This document shows, one piece after another, positions 19,063 to 28,722 of a DNA stretch of 64,000 nucleotides; positions within the stretch are counted from its first letter, which is position 1, and each line of letters starts with the position of its first letter. Below the pieces are notes generated by a model that worked only from the letters and a program-made list of their open reading frames with translations, made no database searches and was not told the origin of the DNA. The position numbers were made by a program, and so were the translations under genes. Location of the stretch: positions 80,582 to 144,581 of the forward strand of contig CAVQLU010000007.1 of NCBI GenBank assembly GCA_963713435.1, in the 5' to 3' direction. Origin of the DNA: an uncultured Actinomycetes bacterium. GTDB lineage: Bacteria; Actinomycetota; Thermoleophilia; Gaiellales; JALYLC01.

Positions 19063-20541
19063 ATGCCCGCGCTGCCGCAGACCGCCGACACGCTGATCAT
19101 CGGGGGTGGAACGACCGGCGCAGCGCTTGCCGGCCTCCTCGCAGAGCGTTCGGAGGAGTCGATTCTCGTGCTCGAGGCCGGGCCCGACTTCGGCGCCTAT
19201 TCCGCCGGCGGCTGGCCCCGGGACGTGCTGGACGCGACCTGGCTCGCAGAGTCGCACCAGCGCGACTACGGGAGCGACGACGGCTACCGGGGCCGGCGCG
19301 TCGAGTTTCCCCGCGCCTCCATGATCGGCGGCTGCTCGAGCCACAACGGCTGCGCCGCGATCTGGGGCAGCGCGCTCGACTACGACGCACTCGCGGCGCG
19401 CGGGTTCGAGGGCTGGTCGCGCGCGGAGGTCGAGCCGCTGCTGGCCGCGGCCAACGAGCGCATGCGCGTGCGCATCCCCGAGGAGGACGAGCTCGCGCCC
19501 TTTCATCGCGCAGCCCTGGCGTCGCTGGTCGCACTCGGCGCGCCCCGGGTGCACGACCTCAACGATCTCGACGCCGACACGGGCGTCGCGCCCTCGCCGG
19601 CCAACATCGCCGCCGGCGTGCGCTGGAACGCCGCGCTCGCCTATCTCGATCCCGTGCGCGAGCGCGCCTCGCTGCAGATCTGCGGCGACGCTCCCGTCGA
19701 GCGCCTGCTGGTCGCCTCCGGCCGCGCGCACGGCGCGCTCGTGCGGCAGGGCGGCGAGCTGCACGAGGTGCGGGCCGGACGCGTGATCGTGTGCGCCGGT
19801 GCGTACGACTCCCCCGCGCTGCTGCTGCGCTCGGGCATCGGGCCGGCGGACGATCTGCGGGCGCTCGGCATCCCCGTGGTCGCCGACCTGCCCGGCGTCG
19901 GCGCCAATCTCCACGACCATCCCGCCTTCGAGCTGCCGTTCGCGGGCACGCCCGAGCTGATCCAGGCCTGCACCGACTACGCCGCGAGCGGAGCGTTCGC
20001 GCCGGTCGAGGGCGTGATCGCGAAGCTGCGCTCGTCGCTCTGCGGGCCCGCGGGCTTCGACCTGCACGTCTACCCGGTCGGCGGCCTCGTGTCCGGCGGC
20101 GTCGAGTTCTGGATCCCCGTCGCCTGCATGACGCCGCGCTCGCGCGGCACGGTGCGCCTCGCGGGTGCCGACGGCTCGCTCGCGCCCCTGCTCGACCACG
20201 CCTACTGCAGCGATCCCGAAGGCCACGATCACGCCGTGCTGCGCGACGGGGTCGAGCTGGCGCGGGAGCTCGCGCGGAGCGGCCCGTTCGCAGAGCTGCT
20301 CGGCGAGGAGCTCGCGCTCACCGCGGGGCTCTCTCCCCGCGACGCCGTGGATGCCACGGTGGCCCACTACTACCACCCGGCCGGCACCTGCGCGATGGGA
20401 TCCGTCGTGGATGCGCGCCTGCGGGTGCACGGGATCGAGGGCCTGCACGTCGCCGACTGCTCGATCTTCCCGACGGTGCCGCGCGCGAACACGTGCCTGC
20501 CGGCGGTGCTCGTGGCTCACCGGCTGGCCGGCTGGCTCTGA
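19063..20541 (+). CDS. GMC family FAD-dependent oxidoreductase (choline dehydrogenase-like)
   Basis: An intact 492-aa ORF: 'DTLIIGGGTTGAALAGLLAE', 'GGCSSHNGC', 'HPAGTCAMG', 'LHVADCSIFP'. Confidence 0.85.
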   Translation: MPALPQTADTLIIGGGTTGAALAGLLAERSEESILVLEAGPDFGAYSAGGWPRDVLDATWLAESHQRDYGSDDGYRGRRVEFPRASMIGGCSSHNGCAAIWGSALDYDALAARGFEGWSRAEVEPLLAAANERMRVRIPEEDELAPFHRAALASLVALGAPRVHDLNDLDADTGVAPSPANIAAGVRWNAALAYLDPVRERASLQICGDAPVERLLVASGRAHGALVRQGGELHEVRAGRVIVCAGAYDSPALLLRSGIGPADDLRALGIPVVADLPGVGANLHDHPAFELPFAGTPELIQACTDYAASGAFAPVEGVIAKLRSSLCGPAGFDLHVYPVGGLVSGGVEFWIPVACMTPRSRGTVRLAGADGSLAPLLDHAYCSDPEGHDHAVLRDGVELARELARSGPFAELLGEELALTAGLSPRDAVDATVAHYYHPAGTCAMGSVVDARLRVHGIEGLHVADCSIFPTVPRANTCLPAVLVAHRLAGWL

Positions 20542-20550
20542 GAAGCTCTA

Positions 20551-20622
20551 TCCCCCCGGCAGGAATCGAACCTGCACCACTCGGGTTATGAGCCCGGTGC
20601 TCTACCGTTGAGCTACAGGGGG
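20551..20622 (-). tRNA. tRNA-Met (anticodon CAT); a lysidine-modified tRNA-Ile2 cannot be excluded
   Basis: The reverse complement folds as a cloverleaf: CCCCCTG-TA-GCTC-AACGGTA-GAGC-A-CCGGG-CTCATAA-CCCGA-GTGGT-GCAGG-TTCGATT-CCTGC-CGGGGGG-A. CCA is not encoded. Confidence 0.85.
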
Positions 20623-22489
20623 TGGCAGTGCCCCGGCTGGGGCGGCACGTCGAGCGCGGGGTTGCGATCGAAGAAGCCGACCGGGCGCAGCTGGAAGCCG
20701 CAGGAGACGACGGGCATCACGGGCCAGTCCTCGAGGCGAGGCACGTGGTGCGAGCCGAACACGTACCAGAGCACGATATCCGTGTCCTCGAGCGAGCGAT
20801 CGGCCGCCGTCCAGCGCGGCAGACCCTCGCCGCCGGCGTGCTGGTTGGGGTACTCGCCGGCCGGGTAGCGCTCGTCGCGGCGGTACGGCGTGGCCCACAG
20901 GTGCCGGGTCATGAAGCGCGCGCGGCGCGCGAACTCGGAGTCCTCGTCGGCCATCAGTCCGACGTTCTCGCCCGGCACGAGCTCGTACGCGACCGGCTTG
21001 CCCATGCGGTTGCGGCGCGCCGGGTTGGAGATCCGCCAGCGCCTGCCCGAGAGCGGGTCGATCATCCGCTGGGCGGAGAGCTCGCTCGCGAGCGGTGTCT
21101 CCTGCACGCGGAACGCCTGCCCGTGCGGGTTCGCGGGGCCGGGCGGCTCGGGCACCGACGCGGTCTCGGAGAGGGCGTTGCGCTCGCCATCGACGTCGAG
21201 ATCGAGCCGTGCGCAGAAGAAATGCTGGTGGTAGCCCGCGCTCACGCCGGGCGCGACGAGCGTGGCCGACGGCGATTCCTCGCCCGCGGCTGCGCCGGCG
21301 GTGTGGAGCACGCCCGTGAGCTTGGCCTCGAACGCCACCGAGCCATCGAGCGCGAGGTACCAGTAGAGCCCGTACTCGTAGTTGCCGACGGTGACGATCG
21401 TCGAGATCACGAGGCGGCGCGCGCGGCGCACGTCGGTGGCGCCGCTGCGCGAGTCGAAGTGCTTCCAGAGGATCCCGGTGTCCTCCTCGTGCAGGCAGAT
21501 CGCGTTGCGGATCACCTGCGGATTGCCGCGGCTGTCGTGCATGACGGCGTCGAGGTAGCGGATCTCGCCCAGGCAGTCGCAGCCGAGCTCCAGGGAGTTC
21601 GAATAGGGCCCGATCCCGTACTCGCCGATGTCGAAGGCGTTCTTGAAGACGACCGTCGGGTTCGTGTCGGCGTACGGGATCGCGAGCTCGGCGATGGACA
21701 GCCGGTGGGCGACCGGGCGCGGGCCGGCGCCGTCGCCCTCGTCGAAGGCGAGTTCGTGCAGCGTGAGCGACTCGCGCGGGTTGAAGCCGACGCGCACGCG
21801 CCACGGGCCCCAGCGCAGCAGCCGGCCGTCGAGCACCATGCTCGTGCCCTCCGGCTGCGACACCTCGATCGGGCGGAGGTCGTCGCGATAGGGCCGCCCA
21901 CCGCCGTTGCGGTAGTCCCCGGGTTCGTCCGGCACCGGCAGGACCCCGTGATCGTCGATGCGCACGACCTGCATCGTGTTGAGGTCGACGAGCGCGATCA
22001 GCCCGCCGATCGGCCGCGCGTAGCCGTTGTCGCCGGTCAGGTCGCTGCGCAGCCAGGCCAGGGCGCGCCCGACGCGCTCGCCCTGTCCCTCGAAGAGCCC
22101 CACCGACCACGTGTCGACCATGACGAGCTCGAGGTCGTGCACCCCGCGCAGCGCGAGCGCCCGGCGGAAGCCCTCGTCGGCCTTGACGGCCACCTCCGAC
22201 TCGGCGTACTCGTCGCCGGTGATGGCCGCGTGCACGCCCTCGACATGCTTCCAGTCGACCAGCGTGCCGCTCGCGAGCGAGACGATGGCCTCGTGCGTGC
22301 GGCCGTCCGCGAGCACGACGAGAAAGGCTCTCGCGAGCCGGCGCCAGGATCGCCCTTCTCGGGCTCGCGCAGCTCGACGCTGATGAACCGGACGGCGTCG
22401 CCGAGCTCGCGCGCGGTGCGCACGCAGGAGACCGCGCGCTCGATCTCCTCGGCGCTCAGCGGATCGAGCGGATGATCCGGGGCGGTCAT
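20613..22489 (-). pseudogene. copper-containing primary amine oxidase (topaquinone enzyme) with one frame break near 22335
   Basis: ATG at 22489 gives 'MTAPDHPLDPLSAEEIERAV...EPEKGD'. After the shift, 'AFLVVLADGRTHEAIVSL...' continues in ORF 20613..22316. TPQ consensus 'VGNYEY' and His ligands 'HQHFF' are present. Confidence 0.85.
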
Positions 22490-22500
22490 GGCTGCGGATA

Positions 22501-23568
22501 CTACGGGCGGGCCTGCGCGGCGAGCAGTGCCACGATCACCTGCCGCAGCTGCTCGCGGCCCGCGGCCAGCGAGCTGATCTCGATGTACTCCTCCGGCGTG
22601 TGCATCTCGCCGCCCTGCGAGCAGCCGAGGCAGAGCGCGGGGATGCCCGCCGCGAGCGCCGCGTTGGCATCGGTGGACGCAGCCACGAGCTCGTCCGGCA
22701 GCGCCAGCTCCTCGCGCACGCCGCGCACGGTCGCGAGCAGCGCCTGACGGCGATCGAGGCGCCCCGCCGCGCGCCGCCCGAGCACCTCGACCTCGAGCGT
22801 GAGCGGCGGCTCGACGGCCAGCTGGTGCAGTGCACGGGCGAAGCGTGCCAGCACGGCCTCGTCGAGCGCGCGCTGCTCGATCACGAGCTCGGCGTGGGAC
22901 GCGATGGCATTGACCGCGGTGCCGCCCTCGATGCGGCCGATGTTGGTGCTGGTCTCGCGCCGGGGCGGACGGCTCAGCGCGCGCGCGATGCGGCACACCT
23001 CGTCGATCGCGCTCGGGCGGCCGCGATTGGCCCAGGAGTGGCCGCCCGGCCCGTTCACGGCGATGCGCGCGCGCAGGCTGCCGACCGCATCGACAGCGAC
23101 GTGCAACAGGCCATGGCCCTCGAGCGCCAGCGCCTGTTCGGGGCGCAGATCCGCGCAGGCCGCACGCGCCCCGATCAGGTTGCCGAGGCCTTCCTCGCCG
23201 ACGGTGAAGGCGATCGCCAGCCCTGCGAGGTCGCGCTCGTGCGCGAGCTGCTCGACGACCTGGACGGCGCAGATCACCGCCGCGGCGTTGTCCCCGATGC
23301 CGGGGCCGACCAGCCGCCCGCCCTCCCGGCGGGGTTCGTGCGGCTCGCTGCGCGCGAAGACGGTGTCCACGTGCGCCAGCACGAGCAGGCGCGGGCGGCC
23401 GTCGCCGAACCGCCAGATCAGGTTGCCGGCCGCATCGACGCTGCGCCGGCCCTGGGCATCCGCCAGTCTCCGCTCGAGCCAGGCCACCCGCTCGCCCTCG
23501 TCGAACGTCGGCGCCGGAATGCGTGCGAGCGCGAGGAGGTCGTCGAGGGCATCGTCCACGGCGCTCAC
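22501..23568 (-). CDS. M20 family metallopeptidase (deacylase/tripeptidase-like)
   Basis: A 355-aa ORF: 'LLVLAHVDTVF', 'GIGDNAAAV', 'TVGEEGLGNL'. Confidence 0.75.
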   Translation of the reverse strand: MSAVDDALDDLLALARIPAPTFDEGERVAWLERRLADAQGRRSVDAAGNLIWRFGDGRPRLLVLAHVDTVFARSEPHEPRREGGRLVGPGIGDNAAAVICAVQVVEQLAHERDLAGLAIAFTVGEEGLGNLIGARAACADLRPEQALALEGHGLLHVAVDAVGSLRARIAVNGPGGHSWANRGRPSAIDEVCRIARALSRPPRRETSTNIGRIEGGTAVNAIASHAELVIEQRALDEAVLARFARALHQLAVEPPLTLEVEVLGRRAAGRLDRRQALLATVRGVREELALPDELVAASTDANAALAAGIPALCLGCSQGGEMHTPEEYIEISSLAAGREQLRQVIVALLAAQARP

Positions 23569-23583
23569 GCCGCGGGGACGCTA

Positions 23584-23892
23584 TCAGGCAGCGATGCGCC
23601 CGGGCTGATCGTCGCCGGAGCGCGCCCGGAAGGCAGCGGCGGCCTCGATGGCGGCATCCACGCTGAAGCCGAGATCGCGCCCCTGGGCGATCAGCATCAC
23701 GTGCGCGACCGCATCGGCGTCGTACAGCCGCTGCTTGGCGCCGAGCGTCGGGATCGCCGCCCGCACCGTCCAGAGATCGAGCTGCATCTTCGTGATGCCG
23801 GCGATCGTGCAGACCTGCCCGACGGTGAAGAGCACGGCTCCGATGCGCGTGGCCACGTCGACCGGGCGCAGCAGATCCGACTTGTCGACCAT
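23584..23892 (-). CDS. small MerR-like helix-turn-helix protein
   Basis: A 102-aa ORF. 'FTVGQVCTIAGITKMQLDLWT...RLYDADAVAHVMLIAQGRDLGFSV' matches the MerR HTH-plus-wing pattern. Confidence 0.55.
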   Translation of the reverse strand: MVDKSDLLRPVDVATRIGAVLFTVGQVCTIAGITKMQLDLWTVRAAIPTLGAKQRLYDADAVAHVMLIAQGRDLGFSVDAAIEAAAAFRARSGDDQPGRIAA

Positions 23893-23995
23893 GTCTCTCT
23901 CATCGGCGCCGCGCCGGGACGACTTGAGTCGAGATCGGGTCTAGGCCGTCCTCGACGAATGGGGGGCCGGCGGCCTCGAGCAAACCCTCACCGGC

Positions 23996-24242
23996 CACCT
24001 GAGGGTCAGACCCGAACACCTGGGGTCAGACCCCAGCTGTACGGGTCTGACCCCAACTGTTCGTGCACACCTGCGCACGACGCGGCGCACTTGCACCTGA
24101 CTGATCGCTTTTCGCGCCATCCCGCGCGTCGCGATTGCGACCACGGCGCGCGCAACGTGCCGCCCGCGACCGTTCTCGCCCCCGGCAGTGCCGAACACCT
24201 GGGGTCAGACCCCTCCTGGTCGCGCCAGACCCTGGTTGTTCG
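23996..24242. repeat. cluster of near-palindromic GGGGTCAGACCCC-type repeats in a non-coding spacer
   Basis: A 23-nt direct repeat CCGAACACCTGGGGTCAGACCCC occurs at 24012-24034 and 24191-24213, with a related copy CACCTGAGGGTCAGACCC at 23996-24013. The inverted copy GGGTCTGACCCC at 24043-24054 forms a perfect 12-bp hairpin with 24022-24033. CACCTG occurs five times. Confidence 0.7.
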
Positions 24243-24245
24243 CTC

Positions 24246-25087
24246 TCAGAGCTGGAGGCCTCGCTTGATCAGGGCCAGGCCTTGGGTGTACACGTCCGAC
24301 TCTTTTCGAAGAGGGGGCGCCAGACTCTTGTTGCTGCTGCCAGGTCGGGGAGGGCGCTGCCGAAGGCTTCGATCGTGATCCAGTCGTCGTAGCCGGCCTC
24401 GCGGATTGCGGTGAAGGCTTCCTCGAAGCGCACCTGGCCCGAGCCGGGGACGCCGCGGTCGTTCTCGCTCACGTGGAAATGGGCCATCACCGGTGCGACC
24501 GTGCGGATGGCGTCGGCGTGGTGCTTCTCCTCGATGTGCCCGTGGAACGTGTCGTACATCGTGCGCAGCCGGGGGTGGTCGACGCGCTCGACGAAGGAGC
24601 GGGCCTGCGCCGCCGTGTTGAGGAAGTAGGCCTCGAAGCGGTTCAGGTACTCGAGCGCGATCGTCACGCCCGCGTCCTCGGCGAGCTCGGCGGCGATGCG
24701 CAGCGCATCGGCGGCGCGAGCGAGCTCGTCTTCCGTGGCGCCTGCGCCCGTGAACTCACCGAGCGCCTGGTGCATCGGGCCGCAGATGACCTCGGAGCCG
24801 AGGATGGCGCTCATCTCGAGCGCCCAGCGCATGTGCTCGACGAAGGCTGCTCGTACGGCCGGATCGGGGCTCACCGCATTCGCCTCGGGCGAGGCGACCG
24901 TCACCGTCGTGCAGCCGAGGCCCGCGCGGTCGAGCTCGGCGCGGAGGCCGCGGTAGTGCGCAGCGTCGCCCTCGAAGAGCGGGATCTCGACGCCATCGAA
25001 GCCGGCAGCCGCGAGCTCACCGAGCAAGGGCGCGTGGCTCTCGTCCACGTGCGCCGTCCAGAGCAGGAGATTCATGCCGATTTTCAT
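24246..25087 (-). pseudogene. sugar phosphate isomerase/epimerase (xylose isomerase-like TIM barrel) with one frame break near 24305 (A-run)
   Basis: 'MKIGMNLLLW...FDGVEIPLF', 'ALEYLNRFE' and 'HFHVSENDRG' are present. After 'RPLFE', a shift in 'gaaaag' restores 'ESDVYTQGLALIKRGLQL' with TGA at 24246-24248. Confidence 0.75.
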
Positions 25088-25127
25088 CGCGGCACTCTCT
25101 CAGATGCCGCGACGCGACGTTCCGGCG

Positions 25128-26081
25128 CTATACGAGCTGGTCGATGCTGCAGCTCGCCGGATCACGGTCGTCGCGCCAGCGCACGACGCGCGTACCGTGC
25201 CGGATCCGCCCGCCGCTGACGTGGTCGTAGGAGACCTCGACGACGAGTTCCGGGCGCAGCTCGACCCACTCGAGCTCCCTGCCGGCCGTCCAGCGGCTGG
25301 CCTCGCCGGAGCCGTGCTCGCCCGTCTCGTACGGCCGCAGCCGCACCAGGAGCTCGCGCTTCTCCTTGCGCGTGAAGGCCGAGCAGTGCCCGACGACGTG
25401 CATCTTGCCCCCCTCGTCGTAGAGGGCCAGGATGAGCGAGCCGACGCTGTCGGGCTCCGTGCCGGGCCGGTAGCCGCAGATCACGGCATCGAGCGTCCGC
25501 CGCCGCCGCACCTTGAACATCCCGGTGCGCTTGCCCGGCAGATAGAGCGCATCGGCCTGCTTGGCGATCACGCCCTCGGCCGTGTCGAGCCAGCGCTCGG
25601 CGCGCTCCATCGTCAGCTCCTGCGGCGTCAGGCTGACGGGATGCCCGCCGACATCCGCCAGCAGCCGCTCGAGCGCCTCGCGGCGCTCCGAGAACGGCAG
25701 CTCCATGAGCACGCGGTCGCCCTCGGCAAGCAGATCGAAGGCGACGATGGACGCGGGCGTCTCGCGCGCCAGCAGCTCCACGCGCGAGGCGGCCGGGTGG
25801 ATGCGCTGCTGCAGCGCGCCGAAATCCTGGCTGCCGTCGCCGGGATCGACGACGATCTCGCCGTCCAGGACGTAGCGGCCGGGAGGCAGCGAGAGCTCGG
25901 GGAAGTAGCGGTCGAGCGGCTTGCCGTTGCGCGACTGGAGGAACACCTCGTCGCCGTCCACGAACGCGATCACGCGGAAGCCGTCCCACTTCGGCTCGTA
26001 GCGCCAGTCTCCGCCGGCCGGCAGCTCCGTGGCCGTCTTGGCCAGCTGCGGCTCGATCGTCGGCGAGAGCGGCAGCGTCAC
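25128..26081 (-). CDS. ATP-dependent DNA ligase (ligase domain only, LigC/LigD-LigDom type)
   Basis: GTG start at 26081 (GTGA overlap with the htpX stop). The adenylation motif is 'YEPKWDGFRV', followed by 'LDGEIVV', 'AFDLL' and 'EGVIAK'. Confidence 0.85.
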   Translation of the reverse strand: MTLPLSPTIEPQLAKTATELPAGGDWRYEPKWDGFRVIAFVDGDEVFLQSRNGKPLDRYFPELSLPPGRYVLDGEIVVDPGDGSQDFGALQQRIHPAASRVELLARETPASIVAFDLLAEGDRVLMELPFSERREALERLLADVGGHPVSLTPQELTMERAERWLDTAEGVIAKQADALYLPGKRTGMFKVRRRRTLDAVICGYRPGTEPDSVGSLILALYDEGGKMHVVGHCSAFTRKEKRELLVRLRPYETGEHGSGEASRWTAGRELEWVELRPELVVEVSYDHVSGGRIRHGTRVVRWRDDRDPASCSIDQLV

Positions 26082-27010
26082 TGGGGGAGCGGCTCGGGAT
26101 CGGGGATGTCGAAGCCGCCCGCCTCCTCGAGGCGGTGGATGCGCTCCTCGAGCGGCGGGTGCGTGTCGAACATGCCGCCCAGGCTCGAGCGCAGGCCGAC
26201 GTTGTCGCGCAGCGGCGACTCGATGTAGAGGTGGGCCGTGGCGCGCGTGACGTGCTGCAGCGGGGTCCGGTCGTTGCCCAGCTTCGCGAGCGCGAGCGCG
26301 AGGCCCTCGGGATCGCCCGTGATCTCCGCGGCCGAGGCGTCGGCCAGATACTCGCGGCGGCGCGAGAGCGCCATCTGCAGGAGCACGGCGGAGATCGGCG
26401 CGATGATCACGGCGGCGATCGCGATGATCGTCATGAGCCCGTTGCTCTCGTTGTTGCGGTCGCGCCGGCCGCCGCCGAAGAGGCTCGCGCGCATCAGCAT
26501 GTCGGCCATCAGCGCGATCACGCCGACGAGCACGGCCGCGAGCGTCATCAGCCGCACGTCGCGGTTGCGGATGTGCGAGATCTCGTGGGCCACGACGCCC
26601 TCGAGCTCGCGCTGGTCCATCAGCGCCACGAGGCCCGTCGTGGCCGCCACGTAGGCGTCGGAGGGCTTGCGCCCGGCGGCGAAGGCGTTGGGCGCGGGGT
26701 CGTCGATGATGTACACGGGCGGCGTGCGCGTGAGACCGGCGGCGATCGACATGTTCTCGACCGCGCGCACGAGCTCCGGCTGCTCGCCCTTGGTCACGGG
26801 TTTGGCATGCGCGACGCTCGCCACCAGCCTGCCGGCGCTGAGGTACGAGAAGACCCCGTAGCTGATGCCGATGATCGCGATGATGAGAGCGATCGACGGG
26901 TCGAGCGCGTACCAGATGACCAGCGTGAGCGACGCGACGAGCACGATGAACGCCATGACCACGAGCGCGCTGCGCACGAGGTTCGAGCGGATCTGCTCCT
27001 GCAGGCTCAC
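26078..27010 (-). CDS. htpX: M48 family zinc metalloprotease HtpX
   Basis: GTG start at 27010 (overlaps the lemA stop). Motifs 'VVAHEISHIRNRD' (HExxH), 'REYLADASAAE' and 'THPPLEERI', plus TM helices. Confidence 0.85.
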   Translation of the reverse strand: MSLQEQIRSNLVRSALVVMAFIVLVASLTLVIWYALDPSIALIIAIIGISYGVFSYLSAGRLVASVAHAKPVTKGEQPELVRAVENMSIAAGLTRTPPVYIIDDPAPNAFAAGRKPSDAYVAATTGLVALMDQRELEGVVAHEISHIRNRDVRLMTLAAVLVGVIALMADMLMRASLFGGGRRDRNNESNGLMTIIAIAAVIIAPISAVLLQMALSRRREYLADASAAEITGDPEGLALALAKLGNDRTPLQHVTRATAHLYIESPLRDNVGLRSSLGGMFDTHPPLEERIHRLEEAGGFDIPDPEPLPQ

Positions 27011-27564
27011 GACAGGTTGACGGCCACGGGCGTGCGCTCCGAATCGTCCTCGATCCGGAAGAACTCGCGCTCGCGGAAGCCGCCGAGCCGGGCGATGATG
27101 TTCGTCGGCACGCTCTGGATCAGCGAGTTGAAGCGCCGCACCGTCGTGTTGTAGTAGCGGCGAGCGGCGGCGATCTTGTCCTCGGTGTCGCTCAGCTCGG
27201 CCTGCAGGCGCTGGAAGTTCTCCGACGCGCGCAGCTCGGGATAGGCCTCCGCGATGCCGAACAGCCCGGTCAGGGCGGCGGTCATGACGCCCGCGGCGGC
27301 AGCAGCCGCTCCCACGCCCCGCGCTGCGAGCGACTGCGCCCGCGCCTCGGCGACGCGCTCGAAGACCTCGCGCTCGTGGGTCGCGTAGGCCTTCACGGTC
27401 TCGACCAGGTTCGGAATCAGGTCGGCGCGCCGCTTGAGCTGGACGTCGATGCCCGAGAAGCCCTGCTCGGCCTCGTTGCGCAGCCGCACGAGCTTGTTGT
27501 ACCCGTACACGAGGTACAGCAGGATCAGGACGACGACGGCGATGACGATCCAGAGGGCCAGCAT
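27007..27564 (-). CDS. lemA: LemA family protein
   Basis: Internal ATG at 27564, in frame with ORF 27007..28680. 'MLALWIVIAVVVLILLYLVYGYNKLVRLRNEAEQGFSGIDVQLKRRADLIPNLV...YYNTTVR'. The length of 185 aa is typical. Confidence 0.8.
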   Translation of the reverse strand: MLALWIVIAVVVLILLYLVYGYNKLVRLRNEAEQGFSGIDVQLKRRADLIPNLVETVKAYATHEREVFERVAEARAQSLAARGVGAAAAAAGVMTAALTGLFGIAEAYPELRASENFQRLQAELSDTEDKIAAARRYYNTTVRRFNSLIQSVPTNIIARLGGFREREFFRIEDDSERTPVAVNLS

Positions 27565-28680
27565 GACCCGAGACGGTAGCGTCTCGCCTTCGGACACGCG
27601 TGCGAGACGCGACCAGGTTGCGAAGACGGGCTTCTCCCGGTTGCTCGAATCGACCAGGCCGCTGCGCCAGTAGCTGGTCGGCGAGACATCGCGCAGCAGG
27701 AACCAGACGAGCATCCCCGCATACGGATAGTGCTCGCGCACGAGCGCGACCGACTGCTCCGCCAGCTCGGCCTGCCGCTGCGGCGTGACGCCGCCGGCCG
27801 AGGCCTCCGCCGTGCGCCAGGCGAACTCCGTCAGCCAGATGGGGACGGTGTCGCCGTAGGCGGCGGTGAGCGCGTCCTCGAGGCGGTCGAGGTTGCGGAT
27901 GGTGATCGCGCCGTCCGGCTCCGCCTCGGTACCGCGGAAGACGGGGAGCAGATTCTCGAGATACGGGTTGAGCGCCACGACGTCGGGCCGCGGACCGCCC
28001 GCCGCGCGGTAGCGCTTGAGGAATGCGAGCGGTGCGATGCCGCCGAGCCCGCCGCGGCTGGCGAGCGGCCCGAGCGCGACCTGCGCACCGGGCGAAGCGG
28101 GGTGGATCGCGCCCGCGCAGGAGCGCATGAGGCCGGCCATCAGCCGCGGCGCCTCGAATCCGTGCGCGCCCTGCGGCTGGAAGAACTGCCCGCGGTTGGG
28201 CTCGTTCCAGACGGTGAAGCGCTCGACGCGCGGCAGCGCCGCCGTCGCGCCCGGGGGCACGAAGCTGCCCGAATAGCGCGTCGCGACGGCCCGGCAGAAC
28301 GTCCCGAAGTCGCCCGCCTCGAGCGGAGCGAAGCGCGGTATGCGGCCGCCGTTCGCCCAGCCCGGCGCCTGCACGAGCGTGAGCAGGACGCTCGCGCCCT
28401 GGGCGGACGCGTTCTGGACGATGTGGTCGGTCGCAGCCCAGTCGTAGGCGGGGTCGCCGGGATCGGCCGCACGGGCAGGCTCGGTGCGCGCCACGCTCGA
28501 CCAGTCGACGTTGTAGCGAATCACGTCGGGGCGCAGGGCGCGCGTCAGAAGCCAGGCGCGGGGATCGGCCGAGCTCAGGTACGCGTCGTCCTGCAGACCC
28601 AGCTCGAGCTCGGCCCAGGCCGGAGCCGCCAACGCGCCCAGCGAGCCGAGCACGGCCAGCGCGATGAGCAGCCGCCGCAT
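27565..28680 (-). CDS. secreted clan GH-A glycoside hydrolase-like protein. It has no stop codon before the lemA start.
   Basis: Signal peptide 'MRRLLIALAVLGSLGALAAPAWA'. 'FTVWNEPN' is an acid/base NEP motif and 'IWLTEFAW' is a nucleophile-type motif. The same frame runs straight into LemA. Confidence 0.6.
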
Positions 28681-28722
28681 CCGGGCACCGTAGCCCGGAT
28701 GCGGCGGAGCGTCGTCCCGGGA

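Noticed and set aside
20551-26081. A tRNA-adjacent genomic island (tRNA-Met followed by amine oxidase, a MerR-like/Xis-like small gene, repeats and a ligase)
   Set aside because: There is no integrase, recombinase or transposase. I did not see a direct repeat of the tRNA 3' end. GC content and codon usage are indistinguishable from the rest of the window. The small HTH protein looks MerR-type rather than excisionase-type.
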